This document shows, piece by piece, positions 26,836-38,834 of a stretch of 64,000 bases of DNA. Each line of letters opens with the position of its first letter. The stretch's first letter is position 1. The notes beneath the pieces are model-generated. The model had not been told where the DNA came from and made no database searches. It was given only the letters and a program-made list of their open reading frames with translations. The position numbers and the translations under genes are program-made. The stretch comes from an uncultured Gemmatimonadaceae bacterium (GTDB lineage Bacteria > Gemmatimonadota > Gemmatimonadetes > Gemmatimonadales > Gemmatimonadaceae): the NCBI GenBank assembly GCA_963781585.1, contig CAWAGQ010000013.1:320001-384000 (forward strand). Direction: 5' to 3'.

Positions 26836-29800
26836 GTGACCAATCCCCTCCGCGACCAGCTCCAGACCACGCTTTCGGGCAGCTACACGCTCGGCCGCGA
26901 ACTCGGTGGTGGAGGGATGTCGAAGGTGTTCGTCGCCGAGGAGCACCGGCTCAAGCGCAAGGTGGTGGTAAAGGTGCTCTCGCCCGAGTTGGCGCAGGGC
27001 ATCAGCATCGAGCGGTTCGAGCGCGAGATCCAGACGGCCGCAGCCCTGCAGCAGGCGAACATTGTACCGGTTCTTTCAGCCGGCGACACGGATGGGCTGC
27101 CCTTCTATACGATGCCATTCGTGGAGGGCGAGTCGCTGCGCTCCCGGCTCGCGCGCGGGCCGCTTTCGGTGACCGAGGTGATCGGCGTGGTGCGAGACGT
27201 GTCGAAGGCGCTCGCCTACGCACACCGGCAGGGTGTGGTGCACCGCGACATCAAACCCGACAACGTGCTTCTCTCCGAAGGCACGGCGGTCGTGACGGAC
27301 TTCGGCATCGCCAAAGCCCTCAGCGCCGCGCGCACGGCGAGCGGAGGGGCGACGCTCACGCAGATTGGCACCTCGATCGGCACGCCGGCATACATGGCGC
27401 CGGAGCAGGCTGCTGGCGATCCCCAGATCGATCACCGCGCCGACATCTACGCGCTCGGGGCGATGGCGTACGAACTCCTGTCAGGCAAGGCTGTCTTCCC
27501 CGGCCGGACGCCGCAACGGATGCTCGCGGCGCACATGAGCGAAGCGCCGCAGCCGATCGCCGAGCTCCGCGCCGACCTGCCGCCCGCGCTCGCGGACGTC
27601 GTCATGCAGTGTCTGGCCAAGGACGCGGACGCGCGCCCGCAGAGCGCTGCCGACATCACGCGCGTGCTCGAGACGATCACGAGCGGCAGCGGCATGCAAT
27701 CGTTGCCCGCGGTGCTGCGCGGGGGACCGGGAATGTTCCGCAAGGCCCTGGCGCTGTATGCGGGGGCCTTCGTCCTCGTGGCGGTTCTGGCGAAGGCCGC
27801 GATCGTGGCGATCGGACTCCCCGCCTGGGTCTTCCCGGGCTCGCTGATCGTGATGGCGCTCGGGTTGCCGGTGATCCTGTGGACCGGCTACGTGCAGCGC
27901 GTGGCGCGACGCGCCCTGACCGCGACGCCAACGTACACGCCGGGCGGCTCGCCGAGTACGACCGCTCGCGGGACGATGGCCACGATGGCGCTCAGGGCGG
28001 CGCCGCATGTGAGCTGGTACCGCACTGTACGCGGCGGGATGTACGCGATCGGCGGTTTCATCGCGATCATCGCGGTATTCATGGGCATGCGCGCCTTCGG
28101 CTTCGGGCCATTCGGTTCTCTTCTGGCCACGGGCGCGCTGCGACAACGGGAGCCGGTGATCCTCACGGACTTTCGCACGACGAACACGGATTCCACGCTG
28201 GGACGAGTGGTGAGCGACGCGGTGCGGGCAGGGCTGTCCGGCTCGTCCGCGTTCACGCTCGTGTCACCCGCCGAGGTGGTGGCGGCGCTGGAGCGGATGC
28301 GGCGGCCAGTGACCACGCATGTGGACTCGGCGGTCGCGCGCCAGATCGCCCTGCGCGAGGGGATCAAGGCGGTGGTGGACGGCGACGTGACGGGCGTTCC
28401 GGGTGGATACATCGTGTCGCTCCGATTGGTGCGCGCGGACTCGGGGACCGAGCTGGCATCGTTCCGCGAATCGGGCGACGGCCCGCGCGGACTGATCGAC
28501 GCGGCAGACAAGCTGGCGCGCGAACTGCGGAGCCGCGCCGGCGAATCGCTCCGATCGGTGAATGCTACTCCACCGCTGGTGCAGGCCACGACCAGCTCAC
28601 TCGATGCACTGCGGAAGTACAGTGAAGCCGTGCGGGCCAACGCCCAGGGCGACCCGCGCTCGATCGGCCTCGCGCGCGAGGCCGTTGCGCTGGACTCGAC
28701 GTTTGCCACGGCGTGGAATGCGCTGGCCGCGACGCTCTCGAATTACGGGGCGCCACAGAGCGCCATCGATTCGGCGACCCTGCGGGCGTACCAGTACCGG
28801 GAGAAGCTTCCTGCGCGTGAACGCGACCTCATTGTCGGCCGGTATTACTCGCTCGGCCCGGGGCGTGACCGCGCGAAAGCGATCGCCGCCTACGAATCCA
28901 TCCTGCAGCGCGGCGACAGCATTCCCGCGGCGGTTAATCTGGGGGAGTCGCTCCGCGAGCGGCGTGAATTCGCGCGCGCGGAGTCGCTCAACCTGGCAGC
29001 GGCGCGAATCTCGCCCGGCAACGGCACCGCACTTGGCAACGCCGTGGAAATGCAGCTCGAATCAGGGCAAGCTGAAGGAAGCGGCTGCGACGGTTGAAGA
29101 TCTGTCGAGGGTGTCACCCGGATACGGATCGGCCCGACATGTGAACCTCCTGTTCGCCAATGGAGAATTCGAGTCGCTAGGGCGCCTGGCGGACAGTCTG
29201 TCGCAGCTGACCGCGCCCCAGGCGCGGTCCGTGGGGTTGTCCGTCAGGCGCTCTCTCGCGGTCCGTGGGGGCCGGCTCCGCGAGGCGCGACTCGGGGATA
29301 CGACGCAGATCGCGTACGGGCCGAGCCGTTCTGGTGTGGAAGCCACCATCGAGGACGCCTTGATCGAAGCCGCAATCACCGGACCGTCGGGAGCCCGCGC
29401 TGCGCGCCTCGCCGCGCGCGTCGATACTGCGGCGGCAGCGTTCAGCGAGATGCCGTTGGTGGATCGGCCATATCTCCTTGCCGCGGTGGCGCTCGCCGCA
29501 ATCGGAGATGTCGAACGGGCGCGCGCGATGATCGCGCGATACCGCACCGAGGTCACCGATACGTCGCTGCGCCGGGTGGACCAGGCCGACCTGCACGAGG
29601 CGCTGGCCGAGATTGCGCTGGCCGCGCACCAGCCACGGGAGGCGCTGGACGAGTTCCGGCGCGCCGACGTGGGATACGACGGCGCGCCGGCGAACGAGTG
29701 CGCGCCTTGTCTTCCATTCAACCTCGCGCGCGCGTACGACGCCGCGGCCATGCCCGATTCTGCGATCGCGATGTACGAACGGTATCTCGCCACGCCGTTC

Positions 29801-30022
29801 TGGCCGAAAATGGATGCGGTCCTGGACCCGACCAGGGTGCCGTTCATTCACGAACGACTGGGGCAGCTCTACGAGGAGGCGGGCAACGTGCAGAAAGCGG
29901 CCGAGAATGATCGCGCGTTCATCGGACTCTGGAAGAACGCCGACCCCGAGCTCCAGCCGCGCGTGGCCGCGGCACGCGAGCGGCTGCGGAAGCTCGCGTC
30001 GGTAGAGAAGGTTCCACGATAG
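26836..30022 (+). CDS. Membrane Ser/Thr protein kinase with C-terminal TPR region; +1 frameshift near 29059
   Basis: LGGGGMSKV, VVVK, HRDIKPDN, DFG, GTPAYMAPE; TPR-like C-terminus (LWKNADPELQPRV) continues in another frame after an extra G. Confidence 0.85.
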
Positions 30023-30146
30023 GCAGGTTTGTCCAGGAATCCGTATTGGTGCGTTCGGTCGGGACTTGCGCAGCGGGCCGACTCTCCAGTCGCGCCGCCA
30101 CCATCCACGAATCGCTGAGCGGACGTTGCGCCGAGGCCTTGACCGT

Positions 30147-31071
30147 ATGAGATCGCCATCCACCCAGGAGCAGTTCACCGAAGCGGTCGCCGCTCTGATC
30201 GAGACGGTGAAGGGCGATCGCTTCGATTCTGGCAGCGATCCTGTGCGGCAGCCTCTCGCACGACGTGGTGTGGGAGAAGTCCGACGTCGACCTCGTGTTC
30301 GTGACGACCGACGATCGCACAACCAGCGAACCGGACGTCGCGCTGAATGCTGACGGCGTGAACGTGCACGCGCTGCTGATGCCGCGCAGCGAGTTCCGGC
30401 GACTTGTCGAAGGATCGCTACGCAACTCGTTCGTGCATTCGTTCCTCACCCGGGGAAGGCTCGTCTACACGCACGACGAGACGATCGCCGACCTCTGCGC
30501 CCACCTGGGCGAGATCGGCGAGCGCGACACGGCGGTGCAGCTGCTCCGCGCCGGCACGTACGCGCTGCCTCCGATCTACAAGGCGCACAAATGGTTCGTG
30601 ACCCGCGGTGATCTGGAATACACCGCGCTGTGGATTCTCTATGCCGCCACCGCGCTGGCGCGGATCGAGGTACTCGGCGCCCGGCTCCTGGCCGACCGCG
30701 AAGTGATTCCCCAGGCGATGAAGCTGAATCCCGCCTTCTTCACCATCGTATACGCCGACCTGCTCAACGAGAAGAAGACCGTTTCGCGCATGAAGGCGGC
30801 GCTCGACGCCGTCGACGCGTACATGGCGGAGCGCGCCCGGTCACTCTTTGCGCCGGTGCTGGAGCACCTGCGCGAGGTGGGCGAGGCGCGGTCGAGCCGC
30901 GAGATCGAAGACTGGTTCCAACGGCACTTCGACGTGTCGGGTGCGACCACCGCCTGCGAGTATCTCGCCGACCAGAAGCTCGTTGGCAAGGCGTCGACGG
31001 CCGTGCGCCTCACGAAGCGCAGCAACGTGTCGGTGCAGGAACTGGCGTTCTACGCGCTCCCGTCATCGTGA
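30147..31071 (+). CDS. Nucleotidyltransferase-domain (Pol-beta-like) protein; +1 frameshift near 30222
   Basis: Restoring the frame gives ...[28 protein letters not shown] (hGS...DxD motif). Confidence 0.7.
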
Positions 31072-33998
31072 AACGCGGGAGCCGCCGGCAGGAAAAGCCG
31101 TCTCCGCGCACGACGATCGCCGTGCAGGGCGCGCGCGTCCATAATCTGAAGGACATCTCGCTGGAGATCCCGCGCGATCAGCTGGTGGTCATCACCGGCC
31201 TCTCGGGTTCCGGGAAATCCAGCCTGGCGTTCGACACCATCTACGCCGAAGGCCAGCGGCGGTACATGGAGTCGTTGTCGAGCTACGCGAAGCGGTTCGT
31301 CTCCCAGGTCGCCAAGCCGGACGTGGACTTCGTCTACGGACTGTCTCCGGTGATCTCGATCGAGCAGAAGACCATCGCCAGCAACCCGCGCTCGACGGTC
31401 GGCACGATGACCGACATCTCGAGCTATCTCAACCTGCTCTACGCCACGATCGGCGAGCCCCATTGTCCGCGCAGCGGCGAGCCGGTGCCGAGCCGATCAT
31501 CGAGCCAGATCCTCGAGGCGATCCTCGCGCTGCCCGAAGGGACGGAGATCGAGCTGCTGGCGCCCGTGTTCGCGCTGTACGGTGAGGATCTGAACGTCCT
31601 GTTCACCGAAGTGCGCCGGAAGGGCTGCCGGCAGATGATCATCGACGGCAAGCGCGTGGACCTCGCCGACCAGGCCGGCTCGGTGGAGAGCAGGGACGAC
31701 GACCAGCCGGAAGGGGATGCCGACGTCCCGGAGATGGATGCCGTGGTCGACCGGCTGATCGTGAGCCGGCGACACGAAAAGGCCCTCAAGGCGGCGATCG
31801 CCGCTACGCTCCTGGTGGGAGATGGACTCATGAAAGTCCACGTCACCAGGGGCGCCACCAGGGAGGAGTCGCGCCGCTTGCAACGGGCGCTCACGAGCGC
31901 CACGCACCACCTCGTGTATGGCGACATCGGGCCCGAGTACTTCGTGTTCAACAACCCCGAGAGTGCGTGTCGAACGTGCGGCGGACTCGGCGTCGACAAG
32001 CTCACGCATCCCGAGTTGCTGGTTCCCGATCCGGATCGGAGCATCCGCGGCGGCTGCTTCGTGCGCGAGGCCTACCGCTACAACCCGGACACGTGGGACG
32101 GCCGCATGATGTACAGTCTCGCACAGGCCGTCTCCTTCTCCCTGGATGCGCCCTGGCGCGAGCTGCCTGAGGCGGCGCGGAACGCGGTGCTGTACGGCCT
32201 CGACCGGAAGGTCGCGATGCGCCTGCCACCCGACGCGAAAGACCGGCGCGCCGCGGAGTGGGAAGGGCGCGAGGTGGGATTTCACGGCATCGCCCGGCGC
32301 ATCGAGCGCCACTACCGGCGCTATCGGCAGCGCGGCGAGGCGAACAGCCGCATGGAAGCGTGGCTCGACAAGGTCATGGTGGAGCGCACCTGTCCCGACT
32401 GCCGAGGCGCGCGTCTCCGGGCAACGCGCCTCCTGTTCACGGTAGCCGGGCGGAGCATCCACGAGGTCGGCCAGCTCCACTTCGATGAACTCTACGAGTT
32501 CCTGGGCACGCTGAAGCCCGCCGGACGGGGTGCGGATGCCGGCCGGCAGGTCATCAGCGAGATCCGGCGCCGGGTGAAACTCCTGCTCGGCATCGGCCTG
32601 GATTATCTCAACTTCAACCGGAGGTCGGGCACGCTCTCGGGCGGAGAGTCGCAGCGGATCCGGCTGTCGACGCAGATCGGATCGGGACTGATGGGGATGC
32701 TGTACGTGCTCGACGAACCGAGTATCGGCCTTCATCCGAAGGACAACGTGAAGATGATCGACACGCTCCGGAGTCTGCGCGACATCGGCAACACGGTGAT
32801 CGTGGTCGAGCACGATGAGGACACCATCCGGGCCGCCGATCACATTGTCGAAATGGGACCGGGACCGGGCCTGCATGGAGGACGCGTGGTGGTGCAGGGG
32901 ACGCTCGATGCCCTGCTGCGGAGCAAGGCGTCACCGACCGGTCAATTCCTCTCCGGCAAGCGGTCGATCGCGACTCCGGGACGGCGGCGCCACGGAAGCG
33001 GCAGGACGCTGGTGGTGCGCGGAGCACGGGAGAACAATCTCAAGTCGGTGGATGTGACGTTTCCCCTGGGCGCGCTGGTCGCGATCACCGGCGCCTCGGG
33101 TTCCGGGAAGAGCACGCTCGTGAACGAGATCCTCTACAAGGCGCTGTGGAAGCGGCTGGTGGACACGCGCACGCTCCCCGGCGAGCACGATCGGGTGGAA
33201 GGGACGGAACACGTGCACAACGTGGTGAATATCGACCAGTCGCCGATCGGCCGAAACAGCCGGTCCAACCCAGCCACCTATATCGGATTCTACGACAACA
33301 TCCGGGACCTCTTCACGCGCACGCCGCTCTCGCTGGAGCGCGGCTACAAGGCCGGCCGGTTCAGCTTCAACGTGAAGGGCGGGCGGTGCGAGGAATGCCA
33401 GGGCGAAGGCGTGATCACCACCCAACTCTACTTCATGCCCGATGTGGAGGTGCTGTGCGGCGCGTGCAAGGGGGCGCGGTTCAACAGCGAGACCCTCGAG
33501 GTGACGCTCCGGGGCAAGACGATCGATGACGTCCTGAACATGTCGGTGGAGGAGGGAGAGGGGTTCTTCGCCACCGAGCCCGCGATTGGCAAGAAGATCC
33601 GGGTGCTGAACGAACTGGGGCTTGGCTATCTCACGTTAGGCCAGTCGGCCACGACGCTCTCGGGCGGCGAGGCGCAGCGGGTGAAGATCGCCACCGAACT
33701 GTCGAAGCTCCAACGGACCCGGCATACCGTGTACATCCTCGACGAGCCGACCACCGGCCTGCATCTCGCCGATATCGAGAAGCTGCTCGGGGCGCTCGCG
33801 CGCCTGGTGGACGCGGGGCACACGGTCCTCCTGATCGAGCATCATATGGATGTGATCAAGACCGCGGATCACGTGATCGACCTTGGGCCCGAAGGCGGAC
33901 ATGCCGGCGGCGAGGTGGTGGTGGCCGGCACTCCCGAGGAAGTAGCCGCCTGCCGGGCGTCGTACACCGGGCGGTTCCTCAGACCACACCTGAAGTAG
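31068..33998 (+). CDS. uvrA: UvrA family excinuclease ATPase (probable paralogue)
   Basis: [42 protein letters not shown], second ABC domain; GTGA overlap with the upstream gene. Confidence 0.93.
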   Translation: MKRGSRRQEKPSPRTTIAVQGARVHNLKDISLEIPRDQLVVITGLSGSGKSSLAFDTIYAEGQRRYMESLSSYAKRFVSQVAKPDVDFVYGLSPVISIEQKTIASNPRSTVGTMTDISSYLNLLYATIGEPHCPRSGEPVPSRSSSQILEAILALPEGTEIELLAPVFALYGEDLNVLFTEVRRKGCRQMIIDGKRVDLADQAGSVESRDDDQPEGDADVPEMDAVVDRLIVSRRHEKALKAAIAATLLVGDGLMKVHVTRGATREESRRLQRALTSATHHLVYGDIGPEYFVFNNPESACRTCGGLGVDKLTHPELLVPDPDRSIRGGCFVREAYRYNPDTWDGRMMYSLAQAVSFSLDAPWRELPEAARNAVLYGLDRKVAMRLPPDAKDRRAAEWEGREVGFHGIARRIERHYRRYRQRGEANSRMEAWLDKVMVERTCPDCRGARLRATRLLFTVAGRSIHEVGQLHFDELYEFLGTLKPAGRGADAGRQVISEIRRRVKLLLGIGLDYLNFNRRSGTLSGGESQRIRLSTQIGSGLMGMLYVLDEPSIGLHPKDNVKMIDTLRSLRDIGNTVIVVEHDEDTIRAADHIVEMGPGPGLHGGRVVVQGTLDALLRSKASPTGQFLSGKRSIATPGRRRHGSGRTLVVRGARENNLKSVDVTFPLGALVAITGASGSGKSTLVNEILYKALWKRLVDTRTLPGEHDRVEGTEHVHNVVNIDQSPIGRNSRSNPATYIGFYDNIRDLFTRTPLSLERGYKAGRFSFNVKGGRCEECQGEGVITTQLYFMPDVEVLCGACKGARFNSETLEVTLRGKTIDDVLNMSVEEGEGFFATEPAIGKKIRVLNELGLGYLTLGQSATTLSGGEAQRVKIATELSKLQRTRHTVYILDEPTTGLHLADIEKLLGALARLVDAGHTVLLIEHHMDVIKTADHVIDLGPEGGHAGGEVVVAGTPEEVAACRASYTGRFLRPHLK

Positions 33999-34165
33999 GC
34001 GTGGTCGCGCGCTCTGGCATCCTGACGCCCACGGCGTCATCATGGGTGCTCCGGCTCGTAAGGCGGCGACCGGACGGTGTCGATCATCCCGAGTGCGACC
34101 TCGTGCGGTCCACTGTCTCAACGCGCCGTCCGATGGGCGCCTGCCGAACTCGAGGAGCGTGAGCC

Positions 34166-34561
34166 ATGTCTGCCAAGCCAAAAACCGTGGAAGGATACCT
34201 GACCGCTCTGAACGCCGGCCAGCGCGCGGCGCTCATCAGGCTTCGCACGACCATCAGGGCCGCGGCGCCGGACGCCGAAGAGTGCATCAGCTACGGCATT
34301 CCGGCCTTCCGGCTGCACGGCAGATTCTTCGTGGGCTTCGGAGCATCGGCGCGCCACTGCGCCTTCTATCCCGGAGCCGCGCCGATCGCGGCCCACCGCG
34401 CGGAGCTCCGGGCCTATGACACAAGCAAGGGCACGATTCGCTTTCCGGCGGACAATCCGCTGCCGGCAGCGCTGGTCCGGAAGCTGATCAAGACGCGGAT
34501 TGCGGAATACAGCGAAGCGCCTCGAGCCAGGAGACGTGCGCGCCGCGGAAAAGCCCCGTGA
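34166..34561 (+). CDS. DUF1801/YdhG-like protein
   Basis: TVEGYL...LRTTIRAAAPDAEECISYGIPAF...SKGTIRFP. Confidence 0.88.
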   Translation: MSAKPKTVEGYLTALNAGQRAALIRLRTTIRAAAPDAEECISYGIPAFRLHGRFFVGFGASARHCAFYPGAAPIAAHRAELRAYDTSKGTIRFPADNPLPAALVRKLIKTRIAEYSEAPRARRRARRGKAP

Positions 34562-34570
34562 GCCTCGACC

Positions 34571-36649
34571 TCAGCCCCCGAAAGCTTTCTGGAACAACTG
34601 CGCAATGCGCTGTCGCGCGTCGAAGCCGTGCCACGGTTCCGGGCTCGGCCCCCCGCTGATGTTGCGACTGAGCGGACCGTGGTTGTCGCGGGGGTAGGTG
34701 ACGAGTTGGACGGGCGCGCCTGCCTGACGCAGCGCGCGGTACATCTCGAGCGACTGTCCCAGCGGATCGGTCGTGTCGTCTTCACCCTGCAACAGCAGGA
34801 ACGGCGTCTTCGCCCGGTTGGCGCCGGAGAGCGGGCTCTGACGCCACGCGTCCTCGACGTGCTCCCACGGTTTGCCGAAGAACCAGCGGTCGTACCACGA
34901 GCCGCCTTCGGTGCCATACTCGCTGAACTGATCGATGACCGGTGCGGCCGACACGATCGCCTTGAAGCGCGTGGTCTTCACCTCGACGAAGCCGGCCATC
35001 TCGCCACCGTAGCTGTAGCCATACAGCCCGAGCTTGGTCGAATCGATCGGGAAGTGCGCGATCACGAAATCGACCCCGGCCATGATGTCGCGATAGTCGC
35101 CGCCCCCGAGGTCGTTCTTGTTCGCCGCCGAGAACTTCACGCCGTAGCCGGTGCTGCCGCGCGGATTCGGCTGCAGCACGGCCCAGCCGTGGCCGACCAG
35201 AAACTGCACGAAGGGCGCGTAGCTCTGGAGCCACCCGCCGGTCGGTCCGCCGTGGACGTCGACCACCAGCGGGACCCTGCCTGACGAGGCACCAGGCGGC
35301 AGGTACAGCAGGCCCTCGATCGTCAGACCGTCGTTCTTCCACTGCACGACGCTCGCCTTGACCGCGCGCCAATCGGATCCCGCGCTGGCGGGGGTCGCGA
35401 GGCGCTTCCCGGCGGCGTCGAGCGAGGTCGCGAAGTAGAGCGCTGCCGGCTCGTCGGTGCCGGCCCGCGCGTACACCCATCCAGTACGCCGCTCGTTGGT
35501 GGTCAGCTGGCCGACCACACCGCCGGGGATCGGGATCCTCGTCACCCTTCCGCTTGCGACGTCCAGGCGCGCATACCCCGCCTCGGAACCGACCGTGACG
35601 GCCGCGATCACGGTGTCGTCGCCCTCCGCCAGCGCCGGGCCATTCATGCTCCCCCGGAAGCCCTTCGAGAGATTCCTGAGGCTGCCGTCGGCGAGCGTGA
35701 GCGCGTAGACCTCGCCGTACCCCGGGGGCGCGTCGTCGTCCGACTGGGCATCGAGAAAGAGGCGCGTGTCGCCGCCGGACCAGACGACGTCGCCGGTGGT
35801 GGGTGGCGCCTTCATCACCTGCTGCGGTGCCCCGGGATGCTGCGGGTCGACGATCCACAGCTTGTTGTCCGGCCCCAGGTCGCTGGCACGGTTCATGGGC
35901 GTCGACAAGATGGCCAATCGGTCGGAGCGGTGCGACCAGATGATATCCGCAACGTTAGGCGCGACGCCGACGGGCGTGATCTGCGACGTCTGCAGGTCCA
36001 CCAGGTAGGCGCGGCTGCCGTGCTGATCGTGGTCGACGAACTGCGCATCCGCCTTGTCCTCCTTCTGCTTCGCTTCCCCGGGCGTCTCCGGATCGCGCGC
36101 GACGATCGCCACCGCGCGCCCGTCGGGGGAGAGCGCGTAGCTCGAGACGTTGACCTCGATCGCATCGGGCGAGGCTTTGGGCTGCGACCCGTCCACCGCG
36201 CCGGGCTCTGTCGAGGCGTCGACCGGCGGTACCACCTTCACCACGAGCGGCTGGGCTTCGCCGCCGTTGAGCGGCAGACGGAACAGCTGGGTGTGCTTGC
36301 CGCGGTGCGCGGTGAAGAACACCGATTGGCCATCGGGCGCCCACCGCCCCTGGCCCTCGCTGCTCTTCGTTCCGGCCGGCGCGAAGGTGATCTGGCGGCT
36401 CGTGTTCCGATCGAGGTCCACCAGCCAGAGGTGAGTGGACGCCCCGTCAACGGTCGGTTCGGTGACGCTCAGCAACACGAGGCGACCGTCGGGTGACAGC
36501 TGTGGCCCGCTGACCGCGCGGGTGTGCCGCAGATCCTCGTTGGTGGGGAAGTGCGGCGCCTGCGCCTGGGCTTCGGCCCCGAGCAGCATGAGGGCGGCCG
36601 ACGTGAGACGGAGTGCCGTCCCGACCGCGGCACAATGGGCGGAGATCAT
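34571..36649 (-). CDS. S9 family peptidase
   Basis: Beta-propeller repeats, VHGGP, PNPRGSTGYG, GYSYGG, catalytic D and H. Confidence 0.93.
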   Translation of the reverse strand: MISAHCAAVGTALRLTSAALMLLGAEAQAQAPHFPTNEDLRHTRAVSGPQLSPDGRLVLLSVTEPTVDGASTHLWLVDLDRNTSRQITFAPAGTKSSEGQGRWAPDGQSVFFTAHRGKHTQLFRLPLNGGEAQPLVVKVVPPVDASTEPGAVDGSQPKASPDAIEVNVSSYALSPDGRAVAIVARDPETPGEAKQKEDKADAQFVDHDQHGSRAYLVDLQTSQITPVGVAPNVADIIWSHRSDRLAILSTPMNRASDLGPDNKLWIVDPQHPGAPQQVMKAPPTTGDVVWSGGDTRLFLDAQSDDDAPPGYGEVYALTLADGSLRNLSKGFRGSMNGPALAEGDDTVIAAVTVGSEAGYARLDVASGRVTRIPIPGGVVGQLTTNERRTGWVYARAGTDEPAALYFATSLDAAGKRLATPASAGSDWRAVKASVVQWKNDGLTIEGLLYLPPGASSGRVPLVVDVHGGPTGGWLQSYAPFVQFLVGHGWAVLQPNPRGSTGYGVKFSAANKNDLGGGDYRDIMAGVDFVIAHFPIDSTKLGLYGYSYGGEMAGFVEVKTTRFKAIVSAAPVIDQFSEYGTEGGSWYDRWFFGKPWEHVEDAWRQSPLSGANRAKTPFLLLQGEDDTTDPLGQSLEMYRALRQAGAPVQLVTYPRDNHGPLSRNISGGPSPEPWHGFDARQRIAQLFQKAFGG

Positions 36650-36749
36650 CGTTTCACCTTCCTGGTTTCCGTCGCGCCGGTCGTGAAGGACGGGGCACAA
36701 GAGACGACTATCGCCGGTGACCGGACTTCCTCGATCGCACCACGGCGTA

Positions 36750-36925
36750 TGGGACCAGACCCGGTTTCCACTCCGGCAAGATTCCGGGCCGCGGCGGACG
36801 CTGTCAAGAAACGGCAAGCCGAGGCGACGGCGATGCACCGGTGCCACGGAAATCGAGTCTGACCCCACGTCCCGGAAATCGAGTCTGATTCCATTTCCCG
36901 AAAATCGAGTCGGACCCCGCTTTCC
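36750..36925. repeat. 26-bp tandem REP-like repeats (3 direct copies + 1 inverted degenerate copy)
   Basis: CGGAAATCGAGTCTGACCCC-type units at 36847, 36873 and 36899; inverted copy at 36750-36769 (16/20). Confidence 0.8.
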
Positions 36926-36998
36926 GCGCCGCGACTCGCTGAAGCATCCCGGTGCGACTACATTGCGCGCACCGTCGTCTGCTCTCCTCGGGAGATCC

Positions 36999-38780
36999 AT
37001 GAGGTTTTCGCGCCCCGCGCTATTCCTGTTCGTCGGCCTCCTGGCCGCGGCGAACGCACGGGCGCAATCCTCGCGCCTCGACAGTCTGGACGCATTTGTG
37101 CGGACACAGATGGCGCGGCGCCATCTCGCCGGCCTCTCGCTGGCCATCATCGACAGCGGACGAATCACCGCCGCGCGCGCCTATGGCGTGACCGACGACA
37201 GCACGCACGCGCCGGTGACCACCGCGACGTTGTTCCAGGCTGGTTCCATCAGCAAGCCGGTGTCGGCGTTGGCGGCCCTGCACCTGGTGGAGGCCGGTCG
37301 ACTCTCACTCGATGGCGACGTGAACGCGAGTCTCACCAGCTGGAAGGTCCCGGAGAACCGGTTCACCACGACGGAGAAGGTCACCCTGCGGCGGCTCCTC
37401 TCGCACAACGCCGGCATCACGGTGCACGGCTTCCCCGGTTACGACGTGCGCGACTCCGTTCCCTCGCTGGTTCGCGTCCTCGACGGTGCGGCCCCGACCA
37501 ATACACCTCCCATCCGCGTGGACACCACGCCGGGTTCGATCTGGCGCTACTCGGGGGGTGGCTTCACGATCATGCAGCAGCTGCTGATCGATGCCACCGG
37601 GGTGCCGTTCCCGCAGTTTCTGCAGCAGACGGTGTTGGGCCCGATCGGCATGAAAAGCAGCTCGTACGAGCAGCCACCGTCGCCGCCGCGCGCGGCACTC
37701 ACCGCCAGCGGCTACTACGCCGACCGCACGCCGGTGCGTGGACGCTGGCACGTCTATCCCGAGATGGCGGCGGCGGGACTCTGGACGACGCCAACCGACC
37801 TGGCGCGTTTCGCGATCGAGGTTCAGCAGACACTGGCCGGGAAGGGGCACGGCGTGATTTCGTCAGCGATGGCGCGCCAATATCTCACCGAGCAAATCGG
37901 TGGAAGCGGCCTGGGCATCGGGGTCGCCGGCACCGGGCACGCGCTGCGGTTCTCGCACGGCGGCCGCGACGAAGGGTTCGACGCCCAGCTCATTGCCTTC
38001 GCCGAGACGGGCCAGGGAGTCGCCATCATGATCAACGCGAACGACAATTCGCGATTCATGGGGCGCGTGGTGGAGTACATCGCGCACTTGTACAACTGGC
38101 CGGCGGGCGTCCCGGCCGCGGCGCCCGCGGCCACGCGGGCTGCGCCCATCGCCGCGCGGCTCGTCGCGACGTACGGTGGCTTGTACGAGGCGGCGGAGAA
38201 TCAGATGATGGCCCTGGTTCCCGATGCGCAGGGCGCCGGCCTGCAGACGCTGGCCGACGGACTTCCCGACGAGGAATTCCTCGCGATGGACAGTACCCGC
38301 TTCGGGTCCACCGAGCGACCGGTACAGCTCAACTTTTCCCGCGATGCGCAGGGCGAGATCAATGCCCTCCTGTGGAGTCCGAGGAACGCACCGGCACCGC
38401 GCCGCATGCCACGAATCATCCCGCTGCCGTGGTCGATGTCGGCATCCCCGGATCCGGACGCTGCCCTCAGCGAGCGGATCTCGGCTGCGCTCGAGGCGTT
38501 GCGACAGGGCGGGGCAGCACTGGCGAGTGCACCGGGTGTCACACCGGGCGCCAAGGCGGATTTCGGTCCCGGGATCGGCTCAGCACTCGGTGACCTGGGA
38601 ACGCTCGGCTACGTATCGACGGTGGATGTCAGCGGCCGGGGCATTCATCGCCACGGCGGCGACGTGTCGCGGGTGCGGGTGTACCGCATCACCACCGCGG
38701 CGGGTGCGCAGTACCTCCTGGTGCACCTCACCGTGGAGGGACTGGTGACGGACATCGACGTGGTGGGGAGGCCGGGCTAG
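36999..38780 (+). CDS. Serine hydrolase, beta-lactamase class C-like family
   Basis: FQAGSISK (SxxK), LLSHNAG, YSGGG, HGG; signal peptide. Confidence 0.9.
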   Translation: MRFSRPALFLFVGLLAAANARAQSSRLDSLDAFVRTQMARRHLAGLSLAIIDSGRITAARAYGVTDDSTHAPVTTATLFQAGSISKPVSALAALHLVEAGRLSLDGDVNASLTSWKVPENRFTTTEKVTLRRLLSHNAGITVHGFPGYDVRDSVPSLVRVLDGAAPTNTPPIRVDTTPGSIWRYSGGGFTIMQQLLIDATGVPFPQFLQQTVLGPIGMKSSSYEQPPSPPRAALTASGYYADRTPVRGRWHVYPEMAAAGLWTTPTDLARFAIEVQQTLAGKGHGVISSAMARQYLTEQIGGSGLGIGVAGTGHALRFSHGGRDEGFDAQLIAFAETGQGVAIMINANDNSRFMGRVVEYIAHLYNWPAGVPAAAPAATRAAPIAARLVATYGGLYEAAENQMMALVPDAQGAGLQTLADGLPDEEFLAMDSTRFGSTERPVQLNFSRDAQGEINALLWSPRNAPAPRRMPRIIPLPWSMSASPDPDAALSERISAALEALRQGGAALASAPGVTPGAKADFGPGIGSALGDLGTLGYVSTVDVSGRGIHRHGGDVSRVRVYRITTAAGAQYLLVHLTVEGLVTDIDVVGRPG

Positions 38781-38834
38781 GCACCGCCGTTCGATTCGCG
38801 CGGCAACTGATGTCCGGCGCACTCGCAACGCCGG

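Noticed and set aside
26706..28625. Long alternative-frame ORFs (e.g. 639 aa here, 524 aa at 54512, 486 aa at 11264)
   Set aside because: Arg/Ala/Gly-rich shadow frames typical of high-GC DNA, overlapping well-supported genes
36847..36925. CRISPR array
   Set aside because: Units are contiguous 26-mers without unique spacers, and there are no cas genes
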